Assembly (NCBI GenBank): GCA_965112735.1
Contig: OZ218957.1
Location: forward strand, 2,666,001-2,730,000
Direction of reading: 5' to 3'
Length of the DNA: 64,000 bases
Origin: Phaeosaccion multiseriatum
Taxonomy: Eukaryota > Protista > Ochrophyta, other classes
Part shown: one piece after another, positions 1 to 12,892 of the stretch
How positions within the stretch are numbered: position 1 is the first letter of the stretch
How the letters are laid out: each line of letters opens with the position of its first letter
The notes under the pieces: generated by a model
What the model saw: only the letters and a program-made list of their open reading frames with translations
Told to the model about the DNA's origin: nothing
Database searches by the model: none
Program-made: the position numbers and the translations under genes

Positions 1-3000
1 CACTGCTCGAATCTCATGAACTTCCTCGGCCTTTGTGGCGTGTTCGAGGGCCTCCCCCATGTTCAGTAAGCATTCGTCAAAGAGCTCGCAGGCAAGCGCA
101 CTCGCGGCAGTCTTGCAGCAGTACTCCACCACCTATATGGGGTAACAGTTTCGGTTTCGGTTTCAGATTTAGTTTCAGGTGGGGAATGGAAGATGGAAGT
201 AAGTCAATGAGGGAGGGAGGGAGAGAGGGAGGGAGAGAGGAGGTGGAGTGGTGGGTGGGAGGGGGATGGGCGGGGGGTGCGAGAGAGGGAGGGAGGGAGG
301 GAGGGACGGACGGACGGACGGACGAAGGGAGGGAGGTAGGTAGGTAGGTAGGTAGGTAGGTAGGTAGGTAGGTAGGTAGGTAGGTAGGTAGGGAGGGAGG
401 GAGGGAGGGAGGGAGGGAGGGAGGGAGGGAGGGAGGGAGGGAGGGAGGGAGGGAGGGAGGGAGGGAGGGAGGGAGGGAGGGAGGGAGGGAGGGAGGGAGG
501 GAGGGAGGGAGGGAGGGAGGGAGGGAGGGAGGGAGGGAGGGAGGGAGGGAGGGAGGGAGGGAGCGAGGGAGGGAGCGAGGGAGGGAGTGAGGGAGTGGGG
601 GAGTGAGGGAGGGAGTGTGAGTGAGTGAGCCAGTGAGTGAGAGTGGTGGGTGAGTGAGTTAGCGAACATGGAAATGAGTGGGTGAGTGGGTGGGTGAGCG
701 TGAGTGCGCGAAGAAGTGGATTGAGTGAGTGAGGAAATGAGGACGTGAGGAAGTGAGTGAGTGAGTGAGTGAGTGTGTGAGTGAGTGAGTGAGTGAGTGA
801 GTGACAAGAGGGAGTGAGACATATCATTTCCAAAGAATGAGTAGCCTTTGACGATAGCCCTGTGAATGGATCAACTCACCTGCCCTGGCTCGGCGACGCC
901 GTTGACGAGGTGATAGGAGATGAGCGGCAGATAGTCGGGTAGGGGGTCGAGGCGGAAGAGCTCTAGGTAGTACTTTGCGATGGCCTGAGGAGAGGGAGGG
1001 GAGGGAGGGAGGGGGGGGGAGAGAGAGGAAGGAAGGAAGGAAGGAAGGAAGGAACGAGGGAAGGAAGGAAGGAAGGATGGAAGGAAGGAAGGAAGGAAGG
1101 AAGGAAGGAAGGAAGGAAGGAAGGAAGGAAGGAAGGAAGGAAGGAAGGAAGGAAGGAAGGAAGGAAGGAAGGAAGGAAGGAAGGAAGGAAGGAAGGAAGG
1201 AAGGAAGGAAGGAAGGAAGAAAGGAAGGAAGGAAGGAAGGAAGGAAGGAAGGAAGGAAGGAAGGAAGAGAGGGAGGGAGGAAGGGTGGTGGCAGGGCAGT
1301 AGAGGCGTGAGGAGGAGTTAGTAGGAGTGAAAGCTTTCCCGTTCCATCCACGAAGCGCCCACGACCCCAGCATGTGCCACTGTGTGTGTACACTGTAGCA
1401 GAGCAGCTGGAGCGAGTCCCGGCGAGTCTCTGTCTTGGCGCATCAATCCACCGCACCAACGTCTTTCCTCCTCCCCTCCCTACCCCCCTCCCTCCTTCCC
1501 TCCGCATATGCCTCCACCCACCTGATGCATCTTGCTTCGGTCGCTGTTGGGTGTGAGGTCGTGCAACACATCCCTCACAATGATGTTCCGGAAGGAGTAA
1601 AACCCACCCCCTCCTCCCCCCTCCCCTCCTCCTCCTTCTCCTCCCTCCCCCCCGCCTACCACGAATCGCTCCTCCACCAGCGAGGCGACAATGCGTTGCA
1701 CGGCCTCGTGCGTACAGCCCAACACGGCTTGAAGCAACTCGACAGAGAAATCATATCCGGCCACGGAAGCGTAACGAAGCGCGTTCTTCTCCTGTACGCC
1801 GAGCTTTTCGAAGCGACACACAACGAGAATACCCATGCGACTCATCACGAGGTTCTGCTCCTCCTCGCCTCCTCCTCCTCCTCCTCCTCCTCCTCCTCCT
1901 CCTCCTCCTCCTCTTCCTCCCCCCCCCTCTCCTCCTGCCCCTCTGTCTCCCCCGCCTCCTCCCCCTTCGCCTCCCTCCCCTCTTGCGCCTCCTTCACCGC
2001 CTCCACCTCCACCACCTCCAGCGCCAGCTGTGAGTCTGTGAATCACGTCCAGGCCTGTCTCACGCACCAGATGCAGCATTTCCGAGCACCAGTACGGGTT
2101 TCCACCCGAAACGCCGTGTATGGTCTGCACCAGCTCCTCGCTGATACCCCCTCCTCTCCCCCCCCCTCCTCCTCCTCCTCCTCCTCCTCCTTCCCCACCC
2201 CCGAGCACAACCCCACCATGCAAGCGTATCTCGCACATTCGCCTGACCTGCGCCTTAGTGAAGGGGTCGAGCTGAAACTTGGTGGTGTTTGGCAGCTGCA
2301 CCAGTCTCAAATACTGCTGTTGATTGAGAGCGGCGTGGTAGTGTGGGTCCGTCCTTCCTAACGCCTTTTTCGCCGCCGCCGTCACCGAGCCGTCCGTGGT
2401 CAGCACAAAGAGTAGAGGCAGAGGGATGCGAATGAGGTGGAGGAGGAGCTTCCAACTGCACGAGTCCATGTGCTCGACATCTTCGAGCGTCACCACGGCA
2501 GGCTTGCCCCCCGCCGCGAGGGCGCACTGAATCAGCTCGGCCATGATCATGTTGATCGTCTGCGTTGGCAGCTGCCGTACACCTCCTGCTGCTACACCTG
2601 TTGCTCCTTCTACCGTCGCGTTGGTCTTCTCCTCCTCCCCCTCCCCTCCTTCTCCCTCGAGTTGCTGTGACTGCATGTACTCCTCCATCCTCGCCGAGGA
2701 GAGCGGGGTGCCCAGCACACTCTCCAAGGCTGGGATTGCCACATTCTTGAGCGTGTCCTCATCCCCGGCAAACGCCTTGTTGACCAACCGCAACAGCAAC
2801 TGCTGCACTCTAGCATAGTCGTCCAGGCAGTCTTCCAAGCCAAACACCGCGTGCAAGAGGGGCTCCAGCCCGCTGTAGGCCACGTGGAAGCTCTGACTCG
2901 ACATGATGCACGCCACTACGCGGTGGCGGAAGTAGGACTTGGCGGACGACTGGATCTTCGACACGATCATGGTCTTCCCCGTGCCCTCTGCCCCAACGAG

Positions 3001-5241
3001 GACGAGCTGGTCCGCACACCTCACACCATTGCTACCACCACCACCACCACCACCACCACCACCACCACCGATACCCCCCCCCCCACCACCACCACCATGC
3101 CCCCCGTTGCCTAACCCACTACCGTTACCACCACTACCCATACCACCACCACCACCACTGTCCATCTCCCCTCTTCGGTCGGCGAGACCGGCGAGAAGCT
3201 CGTTAATCTTTTCCAAAATGTCATCCCTCCCGCAAATGTTCTTTTCAATCTGCCGACTCCACAGCAGCTCGGGGTCCTGTGCAGCGCAGCGGTAGGGGGC
3301 GACGAGCGTGTCCTTTCCCTTGACTCGGAAGGGTTCGAGCTGACAAAAGGGCGCCTCCGCGGTACCCTCCAGCTTGATGGTCTCGCGTGGCATCTGCGCG
3401 TAGGTGGAGGGGTCACAAAGCAGCCCGCCCTTTGCCTTGCCCATGAGTCTCGCGGCGAGGTTGATAATGTCCCCCACCATGGCGTACTCGGAGCGCTGCG
3501 ACCCACCCACGCGCCCACACAGCGCCCGACCAGTGGTGACGCCGACCGAGGTCTGCATGCCCTTGGCTCGGAGCGCCTTGCTAATCTTGGCGGCCGCCGC
3601 CATCGCTCGTTGGCAATTGTCCACGAATGAGTGGCTGGGAACCCCCCAGCAGGCGATGAGGACGCACCCCTTGTCATCCACGATGAATTGTCTCAGGAAG
3701 CCTTCCGTCTGACTGAGTACGTCCTGTGCGGCGAGGAGGTGCGGCTGCAGAGAGAGTAAGTCCTTGTGCTTCTCCATGTCGAAACTGTCAAGCTTCATAA
3801 ATATGGTCGTAACGGTTCGCAGCTCTGCCATGTGGCTGAACACTCTCGCATGCACCAGCCTTGTCACCGGTAGGGGCACAAAGTGCTTGACAAGCCCCAT
3901 GAGTGAGGAGGGGGCCCGTCGCCGCACCATCTGTTCCTGCTGCTGGTGTACCAACAGCTGCTGCTGCTGGCCTCGGCTGCTGACCAGGGACGTCAAAGAG
4001 AGCTTCTTCTTCTTCGAGGACCGTCGCCGCCCCTCTCCTTCTCCTCCAGCCTCCCCAGCCCCAAACCCGCTGTCGGCGTTCGCTTCTGCTATACTATCAC
4101 TACCACCACCGCTACCACCACTACCTCCCTTCTGCCCTGCCTCTCCCCCTCCCCCTCCTCCCATCTTCATCAATCTGCTGGACTTCCTCCTGCCGTTGAA
4201 CTCCGCCAACAGCTGTGACGCGGTGCTCCGCCTTCTCCCCTCTCTTCCGCTGCCGATCCGACTCCCTACTCTTTGCATCATGCCCTGCTGCTGCTGCTGC
4301 TGTTGCTGCCCCGCAACCGAGTGGTGCGTGTCCTGACTTCGAATGCGCATCTTGTGGAGCAACAGATTGCCCGAGGGAAGCACCTTGCCAAAGAGCGTCT
4401 CCGCGCCCAGCAGCCCAAAGCTCTCTGCGTTCACCACCACCTCCTTTTTGTCTGCCTCGTCCAAAGCCTCTGCCGTAGTCTGGATGGGCACCCCACTGAT
4501 GAGGCACTCCCAGTAGTTGTCCACCCCTCCCAGCACAGCAAAGCAGAGGTCCCCACCCGACAGCCCCACGTGCAGGGTCAGGCTGTCGGTCGCAATCTGG
4601 ACCAGAGACAAGGCGCACTCGCACGCACGCAGCAGCGGGCCCTTTAGCGAGCTCTGCGGCGTCTCTCCCCGCTTTGGTTCCCGTAAAAAGACGCAATACA
4701 TGGCGTCACCAGCAATCTTGATAATGTCACCCCCGTGCCGGTAGATGGTGTTGACGAGGCGTGAGTAGTAGTCGTTGATGATCTGCACGAGCTTGTCGAG
4801 CCCACTCTCCCCCTCGTCGCAGTAGCGCTCAGAGAGCTTTGTGAAGCCAGAGATGTCAGCGCACATGCTGGCGGCGTTGATAAAGACAGCCTCCGCGCAG
4901 ATGGGCGGCGTGCGGCTGGACAAGTGGTCGATGAGAAGGTCGGGTACAAAGGCCTGGAGCAGCTCCGCACTGATACTCGTGGACGTGCGCCGCTTCCCAC
5001 CGCCCCCCTCCTGCTGCAGTGGCTTCTTCGTCCCGCGTCGTACGTGCAACCGGGGCGGAGGCCCGCTGCTCTTACGTCGCTGCTCCGGCCTCCCAGTCGA
5101 TGTCTGCCTCCGTGGAAAGCCACCATCACCACCACCGGTATGCCTCGTCACGCCAGCAGCTGCAGCAGCAGCGGCATTAAGGACGATGGGTTCCGAGCCC
5201 CCTCCCCCCCCCCTCTGCTCTGCTGCTCCCTCGAGCTCCAT
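1..5241 (-). CDS. Soluble adenylyl cyclase-like protein (two class III cyclase domains, STAND-type P-loop NTPase, helical region); 3' end runs off the window
   Basis: C1 motifs ADISGFTKL and DIIKIAGDA; C2 motifs QFIVDDKGC, EYAMVGDIINLAARLM and VKGK; Walker A GAEGTGKT; Walker B VVTLEDVEHMD. Phase-compatible exons 5241-1522, 984-880 (AIAKYYLELF...SYHL) and 132 to <1 (VVEYCCKTAA...). This is the ADCY10/sAC-type architecture. Confidence 0.92.
207..803. repeat. Compound intronic microsatellite (GGGA)n/(GGTA)n/(GAGT)n
   Basis: Visible tetranucleotide arrays inside the cyclase intron 133-879. Confidence 0.95.
1027..1267. repeat. (GGAA)n microsatellite, forming the pyrimidine tract of cyclase intron 1 on the minus strand
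   Basis: About 240 bp of GGAA units close to the acceptor at 985. Confidence 0.95.
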
Positions 5242-6798
5242 TTACTCTCTCCCCCGAAGCCTAACAAGTTAGCGGTGCGCTGCAGTACCAGCGTCAGTAG
5301 CAACCTCAGGAGGAGGCATTGCGGTCGTACCTACCAGCGTCGCCGCCCAACGCGAAGAGGATAGCAGGGGCAACACCAAGAGCTGTGCCGTGAGCCGCAA
5401 ATAGTGGGACAAGAAGGGGCGGTGTGGGTCTATCTGGCTCCCACCCTTCTCTCAGAATGGTGAATGGGCGCTCAGTCCTCAGTAAGGACGATGACCTTGC
5501 CTCAGCAACCCTCGTTCTACCTCCCTGTGTCCTCCAAAAATAGAAATGTCGGAAAAATCGAAAAACGTAACGTCAAATCTACCCATGCCGGGGCGGAGTC
5601 CTCGGCCAAAGCTCCCCTTCTCCTTAAATCTCTCCTTTTTCCCATCCCCTCAGATCTCACAGGGCGATGCGTTGCGTGGCTGTCACCGCCCATCTCGGGA
5701 GTGAGAGTGCCGTTGGTCGTTGTGTTTGCACGGTGACTCGTGCAATGCAAAAAGAGAGATGTGGGTAGCCACATACATGCGTGGGTGGGCGCAATCCTCG
5801 GCGATATGCAGCCTCCCGTGAAAGCCGGAGCGGCAGGATAAGACAATGGTGGACACGGTGGCTGCGGGTTGTGCGTGCGCAGGGTCGGGAGGTAAGAGAG
5901 GATGAGGAAGAGCAATTACAAAGAGAAAATGGGGAGGGGGAGGCGAGCCAGATCAATACAACCCAGTGATGATTCTTTCCGTCGGGCGGACTGCCTGTCT
6001 CGTCGCTGCGAAGCGTCCGAGATGATGATGATATTGACGGTGTACAACTTTTTTCTTGAGGGTCTTTTGTATGGGTGTACCTCGCGGCCTTTGTTTGCGA
6101 ACGCAGGTGCACAGCCCCCCCCCCCCACCAGTGCCCCCACACATTGTGCTTCGCTTCTCCTGACTGCTGGCCCCTCCCTTACCCACCCTCACGCGTACAT
6201 CCTCACAATCCAGACCCTCCTCAGCCTCGCCTTAGGCCCTGCGTCTCGGATGCAATACACCATTACGTGCTGCTCCTCTCTATTCGAGGCCGAGGGCGGT
6301 GGAGGAATCAGCAGTCCCCAGGAAGGAAAGGGAGACAATGCTCAGGGCAGGAAGGTTGGGATGCGGCTCCCAATCCCGACGAAGTAGCAGGAGGGCGAAG
6401 GCGTGTGGCCGATTCGACTCGACTCAGCGGTGCTGCGTCTTTTCTGTGACAGACAGCACCCAATAGGGGGCCATTCTGTGTTCATTGATTCATTGATCGA
6501 GATGGACCGGAGAGCTGCCACACGTACAGCCGTGGAGCCCAGCCCCCCACATCAAGTCAGTCCCTTTATTGCCTTACCTCCTGGTAGAGTGGAGGGAGGG
6601 ACGCACCCGTCCGTCCGTGGTTCGAGGCCCCAACCCACCGGTGCATGAGGCACCATGAGAAGCCCAACAAACGAGTGAGGTGAGTTGGTTGACAAGAACT
6701 GTGAAGTTTCTTGCCTGTGGTCCTTTCGTGTGAAGTACAGGAGGCGCCTGGCGTTTTCCGTCTCTTCGCATCTCTCTCTCTGTCTTTCGGTCTGTCCT

Positions 6799-6830
<32 letters not shown>

Positions 6831-7816
6831 CTGTCTCTGTGTCCTGTCGTGTCTCTCTCTGTGTCGTGTGGTATGGTGTGCACAATGGTCAGGATGGTAG
6901 CGCTCTCTCCGTCCCTTGGTGCGTGCTGTGATATCTGTGCTGTCTGTTCTGCAAGGAGCATGTGCTTTCACTGATGAGAAGCACTTCATTTCACCCCCCC
7001 CTCCCTCTCGCTGGAGAGGGGAAAGGCCTGCCCTCTGGCGTATTAGGAATTCACCCTACTTTCCCAAGAGGTGGTACGAGTGGATATATTCCGCCCTCCC
7101 CTTTTATTAATTCTAAACGAAGTGGTTTCAAGTTTTGCACACCTTTGGATCTAAACAATGCACAAATGGTAGGTAGATGGCTAGCGCGGTCTTTTAGATT
7201 CGATGGTATCGACACAGGTCGCCTGGCGCTCTGTCGCGTTACGGCGCCCCTCCCCCCCTCCCTCCTTCACTCTCTTCGCCGCTCGCCACATCAGAGGCCG
7301 TAGCGTTGGCACACTGCTGAAAGCGCCAGACAACACTCTCGCCCTCGTCCGGAGCACCGCGGTGGAGGGGGGGTCCATATGATGTCGACACCGAAGCTGC
7401 TCTCAAGAAAGCAAACAGACTCCGCGCCCACCCACACACCCACACACCGAAAGGGGCTGAAAGGGGGGCTTGGGAGGTGGAGTGGGGCAGTGGCGGTGAC
7501 GTCCCTACGACCGAGGTTCGTGCTGCTGCCCTTGCAAGTCGTACTGAGCCTTCGTACGCTCTCTCTCTCTCTCCTCTGATGAATGACGCAGGAGGAGGTC
7601 ACAATCGCCCGCCCTCCGTTGTCGACGGAAATCGCCGGCCAAAGCCAGACAAGTTGTCGTCCCTCCTCGCTACGCCACGCTCCTCCTCCCCAAGGAGCAA
7701 GTGGGTCGTCGCTAGAGCAGAGCCAAGTTTGTGCCCGCGCCCAGCCTTAGCTGCTGGGATAGAAACACGGTACACAGCTTCAAGCTTCCTTCTCTCTCTC
7801 TTTCTGTCCTCTCTCC

Positions 7817-8939
7817 TCAAACGAGGACAGAGTTTGAGTCATCACCATCAACAGCGGGGCCCACACACTCCATCTTGAACGAGCCCCTGACGGGCTTCCT
7901 CTTGAAAATAAAGGAGGTGAGGGGCATGCGCTTCTTCACGAAAAACACATTGCCGGTGGCGATGGTCCCTGCAGCCACGCCTCGGTACTCGGCATTGTGC
8001 TTTCCCCTGGCGTAGAAGCCCGTCAGGGAGAATACCGTGTCTTCGCTCTCTGCATACTGCTTGTATTTGCCCTTGATCATGCTGAGGACCCCAAAATCGT
8101 CTCTCCCCGTGCCTGTAGTCACCACAGAGGGGGTTTTGATTCAAGTGGGTCCAGAGAATGCAGGAAAGCAACCACACAGGCACGTCAGCCCCCAGGCAAG
8201 CTTGACTTCGGGCGAGGAGAGGCACGAAGAAGGGACCGTGCAGCCAAGCTTCAGCTTCAGCCGCCCATTTTGAGCTCCATCAAGATGTCTTTTCAACCCA
8301 CATACACCACATCTCTCTCTCTCTCTTGTCCCCCCATACGTATGCAAGTGCTTGCCTGTGACTGTTTTACCGTCGGCCTCGAACGTCAGCGTCAACTTGA
8401 GATGGTGGGTCGAGGGAGGTGCGTTGGGATTTCCCGATCGGTTCGTGAGCAGGGTGCCGATCCACTGGCAGCGCTGCCCCAGGACCACCCCTCCCTTGTC
8501 GTAGTTGGAGGGGGGATCCTCGTCGTCCTCACTCATGATACCGCTCGTGTACACTAGAGGCACGTGTTTTGCTTGATGGGCTGTTTGCTTCAGCCACTTC
8601 CGGCTCCTCACGGCCTTCTTTGCCCTCTTTGGCGGCTTGGGCGGGCCTGGGCAGCACGTGCTCAAGCAATCATCGACTTTGCAAATGATGACAACTTGGC
8701 GAATATAAAGGAGGCAGCAGGGGCACGGCAGCCGACAGGGGAGGACGCGGGGAGAGCAGTCAGTGCGGAATTAAAGGAAGAAGGGCAGAGAGAGATGTGA
8801 TATCGAAATGCATGAGGGGTAGGAACTTACTGAGCAGGACCAGGGCCAGAAAGCTTCCGAACACCACGGGCAGCAGCCACTCGGGAATGACGACCGCGTC
8901 TTCCGCCGCCTGGATTGGGCTCGTGCTGCTCGAGCTCAT
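7817..8939 (-). CDS. Uncharacterised single-pass membrane protein with Cys cluster and C-terminal beta-rich domain (paralog A)
   Basis: Spliced model MSSSSTSP..PEWLLPVVFGSFLALVLL / IVIICKVDDCLSTCCPG...WIGTLL...LTLTFEADGKTVT / GTGRDDFG...EYRGVAAG..GNVFFVKK..RGSFKME. It aligns along its length with the genes at 9326 and 12112. The second intron (8113-8355) is probably GC-AG. Confidence 0.8.
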
Positions 8940-9025
8940 TGTGGCTGAAAGAGGATAGCTCGATCCAATTGAAGAAGGCACCAGGGAGGGAGGGAGGGAG
9001 GGAGGGACGGAGGGTGAGAGCGAGG

Positions 9026-9097
9026 GAGCTCTCTACAAAGAAGGAGGAAGAGCTCCCTACAAAGAAGGGGGAAGAGCTCTCTACAAAGAAGGAGGAA
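9026..9097. repeat. Three tandem copies of a 24-bp unit (GAGCTCTCTACAAAGAAGGAGGAA) in the divergent intergenic region
   Basis: Directly visible; the middle copy has 2 substitutions. Confidence 0.85.
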
Positions 9098-9325
9098 GAG
9101 AGGGACAAAGCTAACAAGAAAAAAATTATGGAAAAAATGAGGGCCTCTACTTTTGAAATCGAATGATCGATTTTTTCCCTCTTTTCCTCTTCACTCTCCT
9201 TGACGGAGAGAGAGAGCCACAACAGCAACAGCTCCAAGAACTACGAGGACACTCACTCTTCTCCGCGGGTCAACTACGTACCTGGGTCTTCCCGGCCTCT
9301 CAAGGTTCACGAGAGGGGCTGAATT

Positions 9326-11814
9326 ATGAGCTGGATGCGCGAATTGACGGACAAAGCCAGCTCCGACACAACTACTTCTTCGTCCATGGCGCCTTTGAGA
9401 GCTGCAGAGAAGGCTGGCGAGCCTCCAGAGTGGCTGCTTCCTTTCTTACTCGGCTTCCTTGTCCTGTGTGTCTTCCTATGTGAGTGTGGAGGGCGGAGGA
9501 GGCTTGCGTTTCGATGCTGGAAGGTACTTGAAGTACGCTCTTACTACCCCTCCCTTTTGTCCTCTTGGCGCGGTGTGGTGTCCTTGCATTTAGGCCTTTG
9601 GGCTCCTTCGTTCTTCACTGTACTCTTCTGCGTCTTTCTCCCTCTTAACCCCTTTCATCTCTCTATCCCCCCCCCCTCCCATCCTCCATCTCTCCCTCCA
9701 TCCACAGTCATCTGCTGCCTGATATTACCAGGTGAGAGGATAGAAGTGCTCGTTGCCTTTCTGGTTTACTCGTCCTTTGACTGTTGGTTGATGGGTTTGC
9801 TGGTTGTGGTTGTTGGGTGCCTCGCTCGTGTGTTGTGATCCGCCGTCCATCCCGGCCGTTGGATGACTTCCTCTTCCCTCGCCTTCTATATCCCTCGCTT
9901 GCTTCAATTCATTCATCCACTCATTGATTGATGAATCAAGTTGAATCCCGAATCAAGCATATAGCTACGCTACGGGTATATGTGAGGAGGGCAGGAAGAT
10001 AGGGCTTGCTTGGATAGGACAAGAGGAAGAGACAGAAAGTGTGAGAGAGTGATAATCAGGGAGAGAGGGGCAGACGGAGAGAAAGATTCTCTGAGAGATA
10101 GATAGAGAGGAAGAGAGACAAAGAGAAGAGGGAGACAGACAGACTGACAGACACACAAAGAGAGACAGGCGCGCACACGCACACACACAAAGAGAGAGAG
10201 CGTGCGAAGGGTTCATGCCCTGTTGGCAGCGTGTGGTGAGTGTAAGCCCTGGACCATGAGGAGAACTCTCTTTCCTCCCCTTTCTGTCCCTTCAGACTCC
10301 CTCTCTTGCGCAGTCCTTCCCTCTCGTTCCTCAGCCACCCATCTTCCCTCTTCCCTCCACCCTCTTCCCTCTCCCCTCGTCCTTGCCCTGCACCTCCTCC
10401 CTTGGACAGACTGCGATGACATCAAACTCTCCCTGGGGCTGGGAGGCAGCGCAGGACGGGGAGCCTCGGGCGGGTCAAGGGAGAGTGACCGTGAGGGTGA
10501 AGGGGCCGAGGCCAGAGCGGTGGCGCCCCCCAAGAAGGAGTATCTCGAAACTGCACCTTCCCAAGCTGTAAGTTGGGGCAGGAAGGTGGCGTGAAGAAGG
10601 AAGGAAGGAAGGAAGGAAGGAAGGAAGGAAGGCAGGAACCGAGGAAGGAAGGAAGGAACGAACGAACGATCGAAGGAAGGAAGAAAGGACGGGAGGAAGG
10701 GGGGGGAGGGGGGGATGGAGGGAGCGAGTGGAAGCAAACAAGAAGAGAGGAAGGAAGGGGAGGAACAAACAGAAGAAAAGGAAGAAGGTCGGCCAGGCGG
10801 GGCTGCGAGTAAGCGCCTACCCAGATTCTGTCCGAATTCTCTGGTGTGCTCACCCCCCCTACCCCCCTGCCCCTCCTGGCCTGCATGGCTGTGTGTTGAC
10901 TTAAAACTTGAAAGGCCCTGTTCTTCGAGATTCCTGACGTGGAGGCGGGCCCGGCCTGGGGGGGGGGGGGGCACCACCACCACCACAGACACCCCAGCGC
11001 TAGCCACGGCCGCAGCCACAGTCATAGCAGTTGGTCGTCCGGTCACAGCCACGACGCCGTTCACAGGGGGCTCTGTATAGGAAAGAGCTGCCACTGGGAG
11101 GGGACTCTGCTGCTGGAGGACGAGCGGCGGCTCCACCCCGAGGGATCGTCTCCCCGGAAAGTGGATACCGCCATGACCCTGACCTTTGTGGGCAGTGGAG
11201 GTGGAGGTGATGGTATTGGCAGCGGCAGGGGCACCATTAAGGGCAGCGGGCTCGATGAGCTCGGGGAGTACAGCGTGAAGGGGGAGTACAGACAGAGGCC
11301 CGAGGGCGGAGAGGACTACACCCTCCTCGCCATGTCCGCTCGGTACCACCACCACCACCACCACGGCTCGAGGCAGGTCAGCTACCGAGGGGTGCTGAAC
11401 GGCTCGGCTGGGAGCGGCAATGTGTTTGTCAAGCGTTACAGGGAAGATGGCATCCTGCCCCTCTTTCTGAAACGCCAATTGAAGCCCTTGAAGGGGAGCT
11501 TCACGCTGCAGTGTAGCGGCCCAGAGAGGGCGGCGGCGCGAAGCGGCTCCATCGATATCGGAGTCGGAGAGGAGCAAGGGGGTGTTGCCCAGGGGGGTGG
11601 GTCTAGTGACAAGAGGAGCCGGCGAGGATCGAGGACGGGATGGGGTCGGGGCGGGGACGGCAAGGCTGGCGAACGGGCAGAGGGCGTGACACCCCAGGGG
11701 TCGAGGTCTCTCTCTCCTGAACGGTCCGATCCGCACCACCACCACCACCACCACCACCACCACCGCCCCCGCCACCACTCCACGCATACAAATACAGATC
11801 GTGATATTGTGTAG
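9326..11814 (+). CDS. Uncharacterised single-pass membrane protein with beta-rich domain (paralog B)
   Basis: Four phase-compatible exons: ..AAEKAGEPPEWLLPFLLGFLVLCVFL / FICCLILP / DCDDIK..KKEYLETAPSQA / ALFFEIPDV..WEGTLLLEDE..GSGLDELGEY..SYRGVLNG..GNVFVKRY..LKGSFTL. Confidence 0.8.
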
Positions 11815-12111
11815 TTGCATGTTGTACATGGACAGTTGCGCCGTCTTAGAGAGAGGAACAGGGCGATCGGACGAGACAGACGTGGAGAGGAAGGGAGGAA
11901 GAGCACGACAGAGCGAGAGATACAGAGAGAGGAAGACGAGGAGATAGAGAGAGAGCGACGTGGAGAAACTGGCTGTAAATACATCGATGCCCGAGGGATA
12001 TAAATCATGGTGTCCCCCCGGGGGTTCCCTTCGAAAAGGGTTCAGACTCTTCTTATGTATTTAATGTCTTGCTTTGGGAAGGCCGGAGTCCTTCTCTCCT
12101 TCATAGTGAGA

Positions 12112-12861
12112 ATGTCGCTCGCCTTTGATGATACAGAGGCGGCTCGGGAAAGAATTCGGCAAGCTCAGCAGGTAGGGGAAGAGACTTTGCAGGGAGAGGA
12201 ACCCCCTTGACTTTCACTCACGTGAGCACCTGCTTGTTGCCTTCGCTGAACCTCCAGGCTGGGAAACCACCTCCTTGGCTCGGAGGTGGCATGGTTGTCG
12301 CTGCGCTCGCGTTTCTTTTTTGCTGTAAGTGCATGTGCAGAGAGAGAGGCGAGAGAAAAGAGAGAAAAAGAGATAAGACGCCTTAGTGTCCTTCTATTTT
12401 CCTCCCGCCCTCGACCTCCCCCCGCTCCCCTACTACTACTAACGTACTATACACGTTAGTGGCATCACCTGAGCTGCCTCGAACTTCCTCTCCCGATTCC
12501 CACTTGCGCGCTCGTATCAGGTTGCTGCTGGATGTGTATGCCAGACTACGATGACTGTAGCCGATGCCTCTGCCCGTGCCTGGTGAGTGAGCCCTCAAAT
12601 TGGCCCTTCCTCCCTCGCACCCACCCTCTCACCCACGCACTCACGCACCCGCCGCGGTAGGTGGATGAGCCGCAGGAGGAGGAAGCCGTGGTGGAACCGG
12701 GGCGACGAGAGTGGATGCATCGGACGCCTGCCGAAGTGGTGAGAGGGCCTGGCATCTCCCTGCGAGACAAGCCGGCAAAGTAAAAAGCAAAGTATAGAGC
12801 CCATGCTGTGACACCTGAATGAGCCCACTCGACACGAAACCCACACACAGGCGCCAGAGAG

Positions 12862-12892
<31 letters not shown>

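Noticed and set aside
33-1507. ORFs rich in PSLP, PSFL, EGRK and THSL
   Set aside because: These are translations of intronic tetranucleotide microsatellites. The same applies to similar ORFs near 35, 59.4 and 60.8 kb.
5400-7800. Possible spliced plus-strand gene or lncRNA divergent from the cyclase
   Set aside because: Some splice-like signals and a (CT)n tract are present, but I could not assemble a credible protein. Left unannotated pending RNA data.
10213-11829. 538-aa minus-strand ORF
   Set aside because: Antisense shadow of paralog B that runs through repeats, with no recognisable motifs.
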